A stretch of DNA of 64,000 bases, taken from the NCBI GenBank assembly GCA_043814605.1, contig JBDRJV010000028.1:7790-71789 (forward strand), in the 5' to 3' direction. Below the pieces are notes generated by a model. That model did not search any database. It was given only the letters and a program-made list of their open reading frames with translations, and was not told the DNA's origin. Positions 30,396 through 40,048 of this stretch are shown in pieces. The stretch is from Candidatus Omnitrophota bacterium (GTDB taxonomy: Bacteria; Omnitrophota; Gorgyraeia; B26-G9). Position numbers and translations under genes: made by a program. The first letter of the stretch is position 1; each line of letters begins with the position of its first letter.

Positions 30396-30899
30396 TTAGG
30401 CCCAAATTCTTTTTTTACACTTTTCCTGCTCAATGGTTTTAGAAGGATAGACTTCTAGAATTATTTCCTGCGGCTCAAACCACAACTTTATTTCTCGCTC
30501 AGCTTCAACGGCATTGCTGGATGCATGGATAACGTTTTCATAAACACCTTTCGACGTAATTCGGCCATAAGCACCCCGGATAGAGGTTGGCTCTGCTTCT
30601 TCAGGGTTTGTAGCTCCGGCAATTTCGCGTACACGCGCAATTGCATCTTCCCCCCAATAAACCATGGCCAGGACTTTTTTGCGGTTATGTAATGCCCCTT
30701 GCAAATAAGTGACCAGTTCTTTAAAAAAAGGCTTGTCTTGAAGATTGCGATAATGTTCTTTTGCCAGTGCTTCGGAAACGCTGACTATTTTTGCTCCGAT
30801 AATTTCTAGTTTTGTTTCGGAAAGCCGGGTTAAAATATTACCGGTGAGTGATTTTACCAGCCCGTCAGGTTTAATTAAGATTAATGTCTGTTGCGGCAT
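30396..30899 (-). CDS. ndk: Nucleoside diphosphate kinase
   Basis: TLILIKPDG, AKEHY, GATNP...SIRGAYG, NVIHAS. Confidence 0.95.
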   Translation of the reverse strand: MPQQTLILIKPDGLVKSLTGNILTRLSETKLEIIGAKIVSVSEALAKEHYRNLQDKPFFKELVTYLQGALHNRKKVLAMVYWGEDAIARVREIAGATNPEEAEPTSIRGAYGRITSKGVYENVIHASSNAVEAEREIKLWFEPQEIILEVYPSKTIEQEKCKKRIWA

Positions 30900-30961
30900 T
30901 ACGATCCTTCTTTCTTTTGTACGTGCTACGATTTTTTAATTTTGTGTCACTGTTTTTTATT

Positions 30962-31804
30962 TTATTGTTTGCGGATGACTTTTAAAATTCTTTCCAGGTC
31001 ATCCAGCGAATAATATTCTATTTGGATCTTGCCTCTTTTTGTTCCGTGCACCACGCTGACTTTTGTCCCAAAAGTCAAGCGAAGTTCTTCTTCTAGGCGC
31101 TGTACGTTTTCATCTTTACTGCTTTGTTTTTTAGTTTTAATTTTTGTACTCTTAAATGCGGTTTGCTCAGCTTCACGCACAGAAAGTTTTTTTGTAATTA
31201 TTTTATCCAATAAAGCTAATTGATATTCTGCGCTGGCTTGGGCTAAAATCGCTTTCGCGTGCCCAAAGGAAATCTGCTCATTAAATAACGCGTCCTTAAC
31301 TTTTTTCGGTAAGGTTAAAAGCCGGAGCATATTGGCAACTGTTGCCCGGCTTTTGCCAACGCTTTTAGCTATTTGCTCTTGTGTAAAATTAAAATCATTC
31401 ACTAATGTTTCATAGGCCTTAGCTTCTTCCAGGGGGTTTAAATCATCGCGCTGGATATTTTCAATTATGGAAAGTTCCAGCATTTCTTGGTTGTTAACGT
31501 TTTTTATTATTGCGGGAATTTCTTTTAAATTTAATGCTTTTATGGCCCGCAGGCGCCGTTCCCCGGCGATCAGTTCATACTCTGTTTCGTTATTTTTTCT
31601 CACGACTACCGGCTGAACAATGCCTTTTTCTTTAATGGAATCAACCAGTTCTTGGAATTTTTCCTCATTAAATTTTAGTCTTGGCTGGTAACGATTGGGA
31701 ATTATTTGCTGCGGATTAAGATTCTGCACGCCCGCAGCTTCTTTTCTTTCCGCTTCCGGTGCGATTAAAGCTCCCAGGCCTTTTCCTAATACTTTACGTT
31801 CCAT
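30962..31804 (-). CDS. parB: Chromosome partitioning protein ParB
   Basis: LGKGLGAL, NRYQPR, LIAGERRLRA, ENIQRDDLNPLEEA, HTH GKSRATVANMLRLL. Confidence 0.97.
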   Translation of the reverse strand: MERKVLGKGLGALIAPEAERKEAAGVQNLNPQQIIPNRYQPRLKFNEEKFQELVDSIKEKGIVQPVVVRKNNETEYELIAGERRLRAIKALNLKEIPAIIKNVNNQEMLELSIIENIQRDDLNPLEEAKAYETLVNDFNFTQEQIAKSVGKSRATVANMLRLLTLPKKVKDALFNEQISFGHAKAILAQASAEYQLALLDKIITKKLSVREAEQTAFKSTKIKTKKQSSKDENVQRLEEELRLTFGTKVSVVHGTKRGKIQIEYYSLDDLERILKVIRKQ

Positions 31805-31854
31805 TTTTAAGCCTCCTTTGTCCGCTGCTTAAGCGGCATGCTAAAAAATTTAAT

Positions 31855-32754
31855 TTAAATAAAATCAGAAAATCCAGAAATAATTTCTGGATTTTTTTGT
31901 TCACCGCCAAATTCTTGTTCTTTGTTTATTTCTTGCGTATTTATTTTATCTTTGTTAACTTTTAAAATATTGTGCGAAATGTGTTTTTGTCTTTCTAAAA
32001 TTTCCTGTGCTAAAGATTCATATTTTAAAGCTCCGATAGAAAATTTGTCGTACAAAATAATCGGCTTGCCAAACCCCGGAGCTTCTCCCAGCTTAATGCT
32101 GCGCGGCACAATTGTGTTAAAAACTTTATTACCAAAAAAACCCTTCACTTCTTTTATAACTTCTGCCGTAAGCCGCGTTCTAAAATCAGCCATAGTTAAA
32201 ATAACTCCTTCTATTTCCAGCTGTGGGTTCAGTGCTTTTTTAACTAAAGTAATTGTATCCATGAGCTGGCTCAACCCTTCTAGCGCATAATACTCGCATT
32301 GCAAGGGAATAACCACGCTATTTGCCGCAACCAATGAATTTAAAGTTAATAGCCCTAAAGAAGGCGGGCAATCAATAAAAATAAAGTCAAAATTTTTCGC
32401 TAAACCAATTAGTTTTTCTTTTAGTTTAAATTCCCGATTATTCAATTCCACTAATTCTATTTCCGCCCCAGTTAATGCCATATTTGAAGGCATAACAAAA
32501 AAATTTTCCATTTCTGTTTTTATCAATACTTCTTCGGCCCCAGCTAATCCCATCAGAAGTTCGTAGGTTCCCTTTTGAATTGTTTTTTTATCCAAGCCCA
32601 CTCCGCTAGTTGTGTTTGCCTGTGGGTCAGAATCAACCAACAAAACTTTTTTCCCGTAAGATGCCAGGTAAGCGCTTAAGTTTATTGCACTAGTTGTTTT
32701 TCCCACCCCGCCTTTTTGATTACAAAATGCAATTATTTTTCCTGCAGCATTCAT
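31855..32754 (-). CDS. parA: Chromosome partitioning ATPase ParA/Soj
   Basis: NQKGGVGKTT, DSDPQAN, IDCPPSLG, QCEYYALEG. Confidence 0.97.
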   Translation of the reverse strand: MNAAGKIIAFCNQKGGVGKTTSAINLSAYLASYGKKVLLVDSDPQANTTSGVGLDKKTIQKGTYELLMGLAGAEEVLIKTEMENFFVMPSNMALTGAEIELVELNNREFKLKEKLIGLAKNFDFIFIDCPPSLGLLTLNSLVAANSVVIPLQCEYYALEGLSQLMDTITLVKKALNPQLEIEGVILTMADFRTRLTAEVIKEVKGFFGNKVFNTIVPRSIKLGEAPGFGKPIILYDKFSIGALKYESLAQEILERQKHISHNILKVNKDKINTQEINKEQEFGGEQKNPEIISGFSDFI

Positions 32755-32809
32755 TGTTTTCCTGCCTTTATCTTAGAATTTTAGGATGTAACTTATCAAT
32801 GCCTAAATT

Positions 32810-33493
32810 CTAAGGTTCTGTTTTAAACTGATTAATTTCTGTAACTAGTTCTCCTGCAATAAGTTGCAACTCGTCAACCACTTTTTTTGTTTCATTGCTA
32901 TCGATATTCCCCTGGTTTTTTGCGGCTACAATTTTATTGATCCCTTGGGTGATTTTCTGCGTTAGGCTAAACATTTTTTCTATCGCGTTTCTGAGCTTAA
33001 CAATGGCTTCATTTAAAGCCCCTGCTAATTCATTTAATTCATCGCCAAATCTCAAGCTGTTCATGTTTACACTAAGATCTCCTTTACTTACAGACCTTAT
33101 TGTTTTTTCAATGCGCCAAAGCGGGCCAGCAATTTTATGCGAGACAAAAATACTTAACAAAAACAACAAAAAAGACCCGGCTAATAATCGTAACACAAGG
33201 ACAGCAGAAACCTGGTCAAAAATATTTGAAAACTCAATAACAATTAAATCGCTGATTAATTCACTGGTTTTTGTGGGATCTTTGGTTTCTTCATATACAG
33301 CATCAATTTTTTCATGAAACTGCTGGCTTGTAAGCTGAGCAGATGTTTCTTGCCAAGTAGTAACATAGGTCGTCCAAACTGTAATAAGTCCAATAACAAC
33401 AGTTGTAATAAAAATTGACAGGCTGAAACGAATTTGCAGACGCTTGCTAACAAAATATTTTTTTCGGGCAAATCTTGTTTTGTCCTCCTGCAT
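32810..33493 (-). CDS. Two-TM HAMP domain protein (MCP-like, no signalling domain)
   Basis: RKKYFV...LQIRF, two TMs, SHKIAGPLWRI...GDLS...GDELNELA HAMP. Start ATG 33493 behind GGAGG (alternative 33505). Confidence 0.75.
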   Translation of the reverse strand: MQEDKTRFARKKYFVSKRLQIRFSLSIFITTVVIGLITVWTTYVTTWQETSAQLTSQQFHEKIDAVYEETKDPTKTSELISDLIVIEFSNIFDQVSAVLVLRLLAGSFLLFLLSIFVSHKIAGPLWRIEKTIRSVSKGDLSVNMNSLRFGDELNELAGALNEAIVKLRNAIEKMFSLTQKITQGINKIVAAKNQGNIDSNETKKVVDELQLIAGELVTEINQFKTEP

Positions 33494-33687
33494 CAGTCCC
33501 TCCATTTTAGAATTATAAGGAGATTTAAATATTAAAAATCTCCTTCCTTCTGGCTAAAATCATTAGGCCTATTTATGAAATACGCTTAACTCAATAAAAG
33601 GTTCTTTTTTTTGTGAAATTTAAAGAACCTGATTACAGTGATTAAAAACCTTATATGTTGTGCGTTTGTTTTTAACATCTGCCAAAA

Positions 33688-33703
33688 TGTTCCACGTGGA
33701 ACA
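33688..33703. promoter_or_regulatory. parS centromere site
   Basis: Perfect TGTTCCACGTGGAACA palindrome (extends to 33683-33708). Confidence 0.95.
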
Positions 33704-33727
33704 TTTTGACAATAGTTTTAGTTGCTA

Positions 33728-35546
33728 TTAATTGACCCTTCTGTCTAGGCAAAGCAAGAGTAAGGAAATATCGCTGGAAGTTATTCCGGCAATTCTCATT
33801 GCTTGGCCAATAGAGTCTGGCTCAATTATTGATAGTTTTTCGATTGCTTCTTTTTTTAATCCCTTAATTGTTTGGTAGGGAAATCCTTTTGGAATTTTTT
33901 TATTTTCCAATTTTTTTAATCGCTGAATCAAGCTTTTTTCTCTTTGAATATATCCCTCGTATTTTTACTTCTATTTCCACCTGATTCGCAATATCGTCGG
34001 ATAAGTTGCTAACCCGCGAATCAAGCTTTTTTAATTTTTTATAAGTTACCTCTGGCCGTTTAAGAATTTTTGCTAAACTTGAATTATTATATTTTAACTC
34101 TGTAAGTTTGTTAATTTCTTGTTTTATTGTTTTTTGCTTTTCTCTTATTTTATCAATTTTTACTTTTGAAATCAAGCCAAATTTATAGGCAAGCTCTCCT
34201 AACCTTAAATCTGCATTATCCTGCCTGAGAATTAAACGATGCTCTACCCGGGAAGTAAAAAGCCGGTATGGCTCTGTTGTCCCTTTCGTGACTAAATCGT
34301 CTATTAATACCCCTATGTAAGCCTGAGAACGCGATAAAATAAAGGAGTTTTTATTTTTAATTTTCAAAGCGGCATTAATTCCTGCAACCAGCCCTTGACA
34401 AGCTGCTTCTTCATAACCAGTTGTTCCGGTGATTTGACCAGCAAAGAAAAGATTTTTTATTTTTTTTGTTTCCATTGTTGGCAGTATTTGAGTAGGGTCA
34501 AAATAGTCATACTCTATACCATAGCCAAAGCGGATTATTTGCGCATTTTCTAACCCTGGAATAGTTTTAAGCATTTTTATTTGCACATCCTGTGGAAAAC
34601 TTGTGGATAATCCATTAATGTAAACCTCTACAGTATCTCTGCCTTCTGGCTCAAGAAATATTTGGTGCCTGTCTTTTTCTGGGAATTTAACAACCTTATC
34701 CTCTATAGAGGGGCAATATCTTACCCCTGTGCCAATAATTTTACCACCATATAAAGGCGATTTATGCATATTACGTTTAATTAACTGGTGTGTTTTTTTC
34801 GTTGTATAGCCTAAATAGCATTTTATTTGCTGTTTTTTAGAAATTTTATGATCATAACTAAAAGCCTGGGGATTGTGATCCCCTTTTTGCTCCTGAAAAC
34901 AATTAAAGTTGATAGTTTTTGTATGAATTCTTGCTGAAGTTCCGGTTTTTAATCGCCCTACTTTAAATCCTTGTTTTAATAGCAACTGAGAAATGCTTGT
35001 TGTTGCACCCTCTCCCAGCCTGCCGCCAGCAAAGGAATTCATGCCAATATGAATTAGGCCATTTAAAAATGTTCCTGTTGTTAAAATTACTATCTTACTA
35101 TAAATTAATAATTTTGAATTTGTTTGAATGCCTTGAATCTTTTTATTTTTGATTATTAGATTTGTAACATTCAACTGCATTAAGTCAAGGTTAGGTTGCA
35201 TTTCAAGGGATTTTCGCATAGTTTCATGATACACCTGCTTATCAAGCTGTGCGCGCGGAGCCCAGACTGCAGGCCCTTTTTTAGTATTCAGCATTCTAAA
35301 TTGAATGCCTGCAAAGTCAATGGCTCTTGCCATTTCTCCGCCTAAAGCCCCAATTTCCCGCGCCAAGTGACCTTTTCCTGGACCGCCAACTGCTGGGTTA
35401 CAGGATAATTGGGCTATAGTATTTATGTTTGTTGTTGCTAAAAGAGTTCTTGCGTTCATCCTGCTTGCTGCCAGCGCTGCTTCACAACCAGCATGGCCAG
35501 CACCGATTATTATAACATCATAGATTTTAGGAAATTTTACATTCAT
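33728..35546 (-). CDS. mnmG: tRNA uridine 5-carboxymethylaminomethyl modification enzyme MnmG (frameshifted near the C-terminus)
   Basis: IGAGHAGCEAA, SCNPAVGG, RYCPSIEDK, AGQITGTTGYEEAA. An extra A at 33962-33966 splits EIEVK|YEGYI; the tail continues in ORF 33728-33931. Confidence 0.93.
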
Positions 35547-35585
35547 TGTTTTAATTTTTATTACGGTCAGGATAAATAAGCAAAA

Positions 35586-35601
35586 TGTTCCACGTGGAAC
35601 A
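35586..35601. promoter_or_regulatory. parS centromere site
   Basis: Perfect TGTTCCACGTGGAACA palindrome. Confidence 0.95.
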
Positions 35602-35666
35602 TTTTATTTTATGCTGCGGTTTGTTTCTGTTCTCAGAGGCTTTTCGCTGCTTGTGCAAAGAATTGC

Positions 35667-35933
35667 TTAATCCTTCGCTTTTTTAGTTTTTAAGCTTTGA
35701 AGGTCTTTCTTAAGTATGGATACTTTAATTTTTGCTTTTTTAGCTCCTTGCATACCAAAAAGCCCTTTTTGTCCTTCTGTTAAAACCTGAATTTTTATTT
35801 TTTCTTTAGGCATAGACAGCTCTTTTAATGCTTTTTCTATAGCATCTTCTATGCTGTTTCCTTCAAACTCCTTGTCCCAAACAGGTTCGTTTTCAATATT
35901 TTGATTTTCAGTCACCTTGCTCCCCTCTTTCAT
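35667..35933 (-). CDS. Jag/EloR N-terminal domain-only protein
   Basis: EGNSIEDAIEKALKEL...IQVLTEGQKGLFG...AKIKV matches Jag_N; syntenic after yidC; no KH or R3H domain. Confidence 0.8.
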   Translation of the reverse strand: MKEGSKVTENQNIENEPVWDKEFEGNSIEDAIEKALKELSMPKEKIKIQVLTEGQKGLFGMQGAKKAKIKVSILKKDLQSLKTKKAKD

Positions 35934-37547
35934 TTATCTTGGCTGACCATTAAACTGCTTAGAAAGCTTTGTTTGAATAACAAAAGAAAATACAGTGTTT
36001 GTTAAAAAATATAACACTAGTCCTGATGGAAACTTATAGAAAATAAATCCTAAAAAAACTGGCATCATTAGGGTCATGACCTTTTGCTGTTCATTTGCCT
36101 GCTGTGGATTTGTAAGTTTTTGCTGTACAAAAGTAAAAATAGCCATACACAAAGGAAGTAGATTTACAGCATCTCCTACTATTGGTAAAGCTACTGGTAA
36201 TTTATAAAAAGCATCTGGCGCAGCTAAATCCTTTATCCATAAAAACGAAGCGCCGCGTAATTCTATTGCACGCATTAAAACTCCGTATAAGGAGAAAAAC
36301 ACAGGCATTTGTAAAACCATGGGCAAGCATCCGCCAGCGGGATTTACCTTATGTTTTTTGTATAATTCCATGGTTTCTTTATTTAATTTTTGCGGATTAT
36401 CTTTATACTCACCACGTAATTTTTCCATAAGTGGTTGTAGGGACTGCATTTCCTTCATTGATTTAAGGCTTTTAAATGTAAGCGGGTATAATAATAAATT
36501 GATGCATAATGAAAGAGCAATTACTGCTAAGCCATAATTTTTCAGTAAAACATGTAAATATCGCAGCAACATTAATAATAAATCAGAAAAGCTTGCAAAA
36601 AAACCACTGCCTCGGACTTGTTGAATGTCCAGTCCCAGCCTAGACATTTCTTCAAAATCGTTTGGCCCTGCATATAAAATAAACTTGTGGTTTTGTGCGG
36701 TATTAGCTAGAATTTCTAAACTTTTAATTTGTACACTCAGGCTTGTTGAAATCCCGGCCTGATCATTTAAGTCCCTATAAATATTAGCGTTAGAACACTC
36801 CACAAAAGGCGCTGCGATTATTGAAAAATAGCGGGCTTTAAAACCCGCTAATTTTATCTCGCCCTCAAGCTGCACTGCTTTTTGTATTCCATTAATATTT
36901 TTTTTGCTGATTTTATTGTTTTGTGAAATTGTTACAGCTTCTCTGAATCGGCTCTCTAAGCCGGAAACATTTTTAAGGCCTGTTGCTGCAGTTAATGCAT
37001 ATTCCAGCGGTTTTGAGTCTGTTTGTTTGTTTTGAACTTCAATTAACGCGGTTATAGAATATGTTTCTGGGTCTAAAGCGATTGTTTTTTTAACTTCAAA
37101 ATCTTTTGTTATATAAGCAAACTGGATATTCTCGGCACCTACAATCACATCTTTGAGTTCTGCTCCGGAGAGTAAATCGCTTGTGGCAAAAATTCCTGGA
37201 TATTTATTTTCAACATCCATTAATATTGTTGGTTGTTTTGTCTCTGGGTCAAGCAATTGTTTTAATTCAATTTTTTGTATGTCCGCTCCTGGTGCATTAA
37301 CAACCAGTTGATATCGATGGTTCTCAATCGTGTAACTTTTTTGTTGAGAAGGTGTTACGTTGCTGATCATCGTTGCTGGAACTGCTGCTGTTGGCAAAGA
37401 TGCTTGCTGGGGTTGCGCTTGCTGTACTGGAGATGATCCTTGCTCTGCAAAATGCTGTGGAAACAGTTGTTTCATTAGCAGAGGATAAACGATTATGATA
37501 ATAACGGTGATTATAAGTGCTGTAAAAAAATTTTTTTCATTTTCCAT
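35934..37547 (-). CDS. yidC: Membrane protein insertase YidC
   Basis: YAGP, NYGLAVI, SMKEMQSLQP, NPAGGCLPMVLQMPVF, WIKDLAAPD, PSGLVLY. Confidence 0.96.
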   Translation of the reverse strand: MENEKNFFTALIITVIIIIVYPLLMKQLFPQHFAEQGSSPVQQAQPQQASLPTAAVPATMISNVTPSQQKSYTIENHRYQLVVNAPGADIQKIELKQLLDPETKQPTILMDVENKYPGIFATSDLLSGAELKDVIVGAENIQFAYITKDFEVKKTIALDPETYSITALIEVQNKQTDSKPLEYALTAATGLKNVSGLESRFREAVTISQNNKISKKNINGIQKAVQLEGEIKLAGFKARYFSIIAAPFVECSNANIYRDLNDQAGISTSLSVQIKSLEILANTAQNHKFILYAGPNDFEEMSRLGLDIQQVRGSGFFASFSDLLLMLLRYLHVLLKNYGLAVIALSLCINLLLYPLTFKSLKSMKEMQSLQPLMEKLRGEYKDNPQKLNKETMELYKKHKVNPAGGCLPMVLQMPVFFSLYGVLMRAIELRGASFLWIKDLAAPDAFYKLPVALPIVGDAVNLLPLCMAIFTFVQQKLTNPQQANEQQKVMTLMMPVFLGFIFYKFPSGLVLYFLTNTVFSFVIQTKLSKQFNGQPR

Positions 37548-37554
37548 AATTTAC

Positions 37555-37764
37555 TTATTTTAGGGGATCATGTCCAGATTTTCCCAAAGGATTGCAGCGC
37601 AAAATCCTCCAGGCGCCTATGAAAATTCCCTGTAAAAACCCTTTTTTTTCTATTGCTTGCTGTGTATACTCTGAACAGCTCGGCAAGAATCTGCATGAAT
37701 GCAATATATTGTTAGACAAATAGTTACGATAAATCTCGATTAGAAAAATAGCTGCTTTTTTCAT
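37555..37764 (-). CDS. yidD: Membrane protein insertion efficiency factor YidD
   Basis: CRFLPSCSEY...RILRCNP...GHDP. Confidence 0.95.
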   Translation of the reverse strand: MKKAAIFLIEIYRNYLSNNILHSCRFLPSCSEYTQQAIEKKGFLQGIFIGAWRILRCNPLGKSGHDPLK

Positions 37765-38111
37765 TGTAGCCCTGCTTTTTTAAGCAAATTAAGAATGCTT
37801 TCTTGTAAACAGTTAAATTCTATGTGTTTTATTTGAGCTTTTAAAACAAAAATTATGTCGTTTTGTGTTGTTAAATTAATTTTGTTTAGGCGGAAAACTT
37901 CCCGCACTATTTTTTTTAAACGGTTTCTTAATACAATATTCGCACATTTTCTATTGCTTACGCTAATGCCCAGCCGGCTAAATCCCAATTTATTGGGCAG
38001 ATAATAACACCATAACAGCGTGCTTTTTTTTACTTGTCCCCGTTGATATACATGGTTATACTGGCCCGGGCTTAAAATGCGTTCTTTTCTCGAAAAACCG
38101 TATTTTTTCAT
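37761..38111 (-). CDS. rnpA: Ribonuclease P protein component
   Basis: SRLGISVS, RNRLKKIVREVFR; synteny. Confidence 0.93.
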   Translation of the reverse strand: MKKYGFSRKERILSPGQYNHVYQRGQVKKSTLLWCYYLPNKLGFSRLGISVSNRKCANIVLRNRLKKIVREVFRLNKINLTTQNDIIFVLKAQIKHIEFNCLQESILNLLKKAGLQ

Positions 38112-38130
38112 GTTCTAGCGCGTTGTTTCT

Positions 38131-38268
38131 TTAAACAGAGAGTCTTTTTCTGCCTTTTTTACGCCGCCGCTTAAGTACTGCTTGACCATCTTTTGTTTCC
38201 ATTCTATTGCGAAAGCCGTGTTTTCTTTTTCTTTTAAGGTTAGATTTAGGTTTTAGGTTTTTTTTCAT
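38131..38268 (-). CDS. rpmH: 50S ribosomal protein L34
   Basis: Not in the ORF track (45 aa): [45 protein letters not shown]. Confidence 0.95.
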   Translation of the reverse strand: MKKNLKPKSNLKRKRKHGFRNRMETKDGQAVLKRRRKKGRKRLSV

Positions 38269-38331
38269 TTTTTCCTTCTTTTTATTTAATATTTTCCCAG
38301 TAAAAAATTAAGTTTAAAGCGTTAAAGAAAG

Positions 38332-38451
38332 ATTATAACATAAACCTTTTTTTAGTCAATAAAAAATAGTAAAAAAATCCTTGAAAAATTTTTTTGCTTT
38401 GATATAATATGTTTCATATTGAATTCATCCGCTGTGTTTTGTTGTGGATAA
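38332..38451. promoter_or_regulatory. Divergent rpmH and dnaA promoters plus a DnaA box
   Basis: Minus strand TTGACT-16-TATAAT (38359-38332); plus strand TTGAAA-16-TATAAT (38381-38408); both have an extended TG. Perfect DnaA box TGTGGATAA at 38443-38451. Confidence 0.7.
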
Positions 38452-38564
38452 GCTGTGAATATATGTTGACTTAAAAATTATAACCGCTTAAATAACAGTA
38501 TGTTACTCTGGCAAATGGCTAATATATATATTGTTGATAACTTTTAACCTGTTCGCTTAATACT

Positions 38565-39920
38565 ATGCAAAAATCTGCTTCGGAGTTTTGGGCTGATGTT
38601 TTATCAGTTTTAAAAAAAGATGTTGCTGCGCAAAGCTATGAAACCTGGTTAAAGCCCACAAAGGGGGTTGAGCTTTCCCAGGACTCTTTAACAGTTGAGG
38701 TTCCGAATAAATTCTTTAAAGATTGGCTGTTAGATCATTATTATGAGCTGCTCGCTAAAGCGGTAAAAAAAGTTTCTTCTGACCCATTAAGATTAGATTT
38801 TATCGTCAACTCTACACCGCCGGTTTTTCCTCAACAAAATGCTGTTCCGGTTTTTAGCTCTCCGACGAAAGACGTTCCCCGGCCGCGAACAGATATTTAT
38901 TTAAACCCTAAATATACTTTTGATAGTTTTGTAGTCGGGCCAAGCAACCGTTTTGCACATGCGGCAAGCTCAGCTGTCGCAGAATCTCCTGCAAGAGCAT
39001 ATAATCCTTTATTTATTTATGGCGGGGTAGGGTTAGGTAAAACTCATCTTATGCAGGCTGTTGGTCAGTATATTTTAGGAAAAAATCCCGGAGCAAAATT
39101 ATCTTATACCACAAGTGAGCGATTCACGAATCAGTTGATTACAGCGATTCAAACCCGCACTACAGCTCGTTTTCGGGAAAAATACCGTAGTGTTGATATT
39201 TTACTTGTTGATGATATTCAGTTTATTGCCGGCAAAGAAAGCACCCAGGAAGAATTTTTTCACACATTTAATTCGCTCTATGATGTCCACAAACAGATCG
39301 TTATCTCTAGCGACAGGCCGCCGAAAGAAATTCCCGGATTAGAAGAAAGGCTGGTTTCGCGTTTTGAGTGGGGATTAATTACAGATATCCAGCCGCCGGA
39401 CTTAGAAACTCGAATTGCAATATTAAGGAAAAAGGCCGGGCGGGAAATTGTTAAAGTTCCCGACGAGGTGATGTTTTTTATCGGAGAAAAGATCCGTTCC
39501 AATATTAGAGAATTAGAAGGCGCGCTGATTCGTGTTGTTGCTTATTCTTTATTAACAAATAATCAGATTTCTATCGAGATTGCCGAAGAAGTTTTAAAAG
39601 ACGCGATAAAAGAAGACGCGATTCAAAAAGTAATTACGGTTGATAAAATTCAAAAAGTTGTTGCGGAGAATTTTAACATAAAAGCCTTAGATATGAAAAA
39701 GGGGGGTAGAAGTAAAATTATTGCCTATCCCCGGCATATTGCGATGTTTTTATCGCGGGAGTTAACCAGTCATTCGCTTTCTGAAATTGGTGAACTTTTT
39801 GGCGGGCGGGATCACACAACGGTTTTACATGCATTTGATAAAATAAAAAAAGAATCAAAAATTAATAACAATTTAAATTTATTATTAACAAGTCTTATCA
39901 ACAAGATTCAACAAAAATAA
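38565..39920 (+). CDS. dnaA: Chromosomal replication initiator DnaA
   Basis: LNPKYTFDSFVVG, YNPLFIYGGVGLGKTHL, DDIQF, NIRELEGAL, GGRDHTTVLH. Confidence 0.99.
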   Translation: MQKSASEFWADVLSVLKKDVAAQSYETWLKPTKGVELSQDSLTVEVPNKFFKDWLLDHYYELLAKAVKKVSSDPLRLDFIVNSTPPVFPQQNAVPVFSSPTKDVPRPRTDIYLNPKYTFDSFVVGPSNRFAHAASSAVAESPARAYNPLFIYGGVGLGKTHLMQAVGQYILGKNPGAKLSYTTSERFTNQLITAIQTRTTARFREKYRSVDILLVDDIQFIAGKESTQEEFFHTFNSLYDVHKQIVISSDRPPKEIPGLEERLVSRFEWGLITDIQPPDLETRIAILRKKAGREIVKVPDEVMFFIGEKIRSNIRELEGALIRVVAYSLLTNNQISIEIAEEVLKDAIKEDAIQKVITVDKIQKVVAENFNIKALDMKKGGRSKIIAYPRHIAMFLSRELTSHSLSEIGELFGGRDHTTVLHAFDKIKKESKINNNLNLLLTSLINKIQQK

Positions 39921-40036
39921 CTTGTTTCGTAATAATTAATTAAGGAGGTTATTCACTTATTAACAACATTACTATTAAGACTACGGCTATTTGGTTTAGT
40001 TATAAATATATTAATAATAAAAATTTTTGTGGATAA
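39895..40036 (+). other. oriC unwinding region (DnaA boxes, DnaA-trio-like tract, AT-rich DUE)
   Basis: Boxes TTATCAACA (39895), TTATTCACT (39949), TTATTAACA (39957), then TACTATTAAGACTAC trinucleotide tract, an AT-rich run, and perfect TGTGGATAA (40028-40036). Gene orientation switches nearby. Confidence 0.75.
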
Positions 40037-40048
40037 AAAGGGGGATAA

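Noticed and set aside
33510-33640. Riboswitch upstream of the HAMP gene
   Set aside because: Two simple AT-rich hairpins only; no c-di-GMP or other aptamer consensus recognised.
34601-34610. DnaA box inside mnmG
   Set aside because: A single coding-region match (LSTS codons), not clustered with other boxes.
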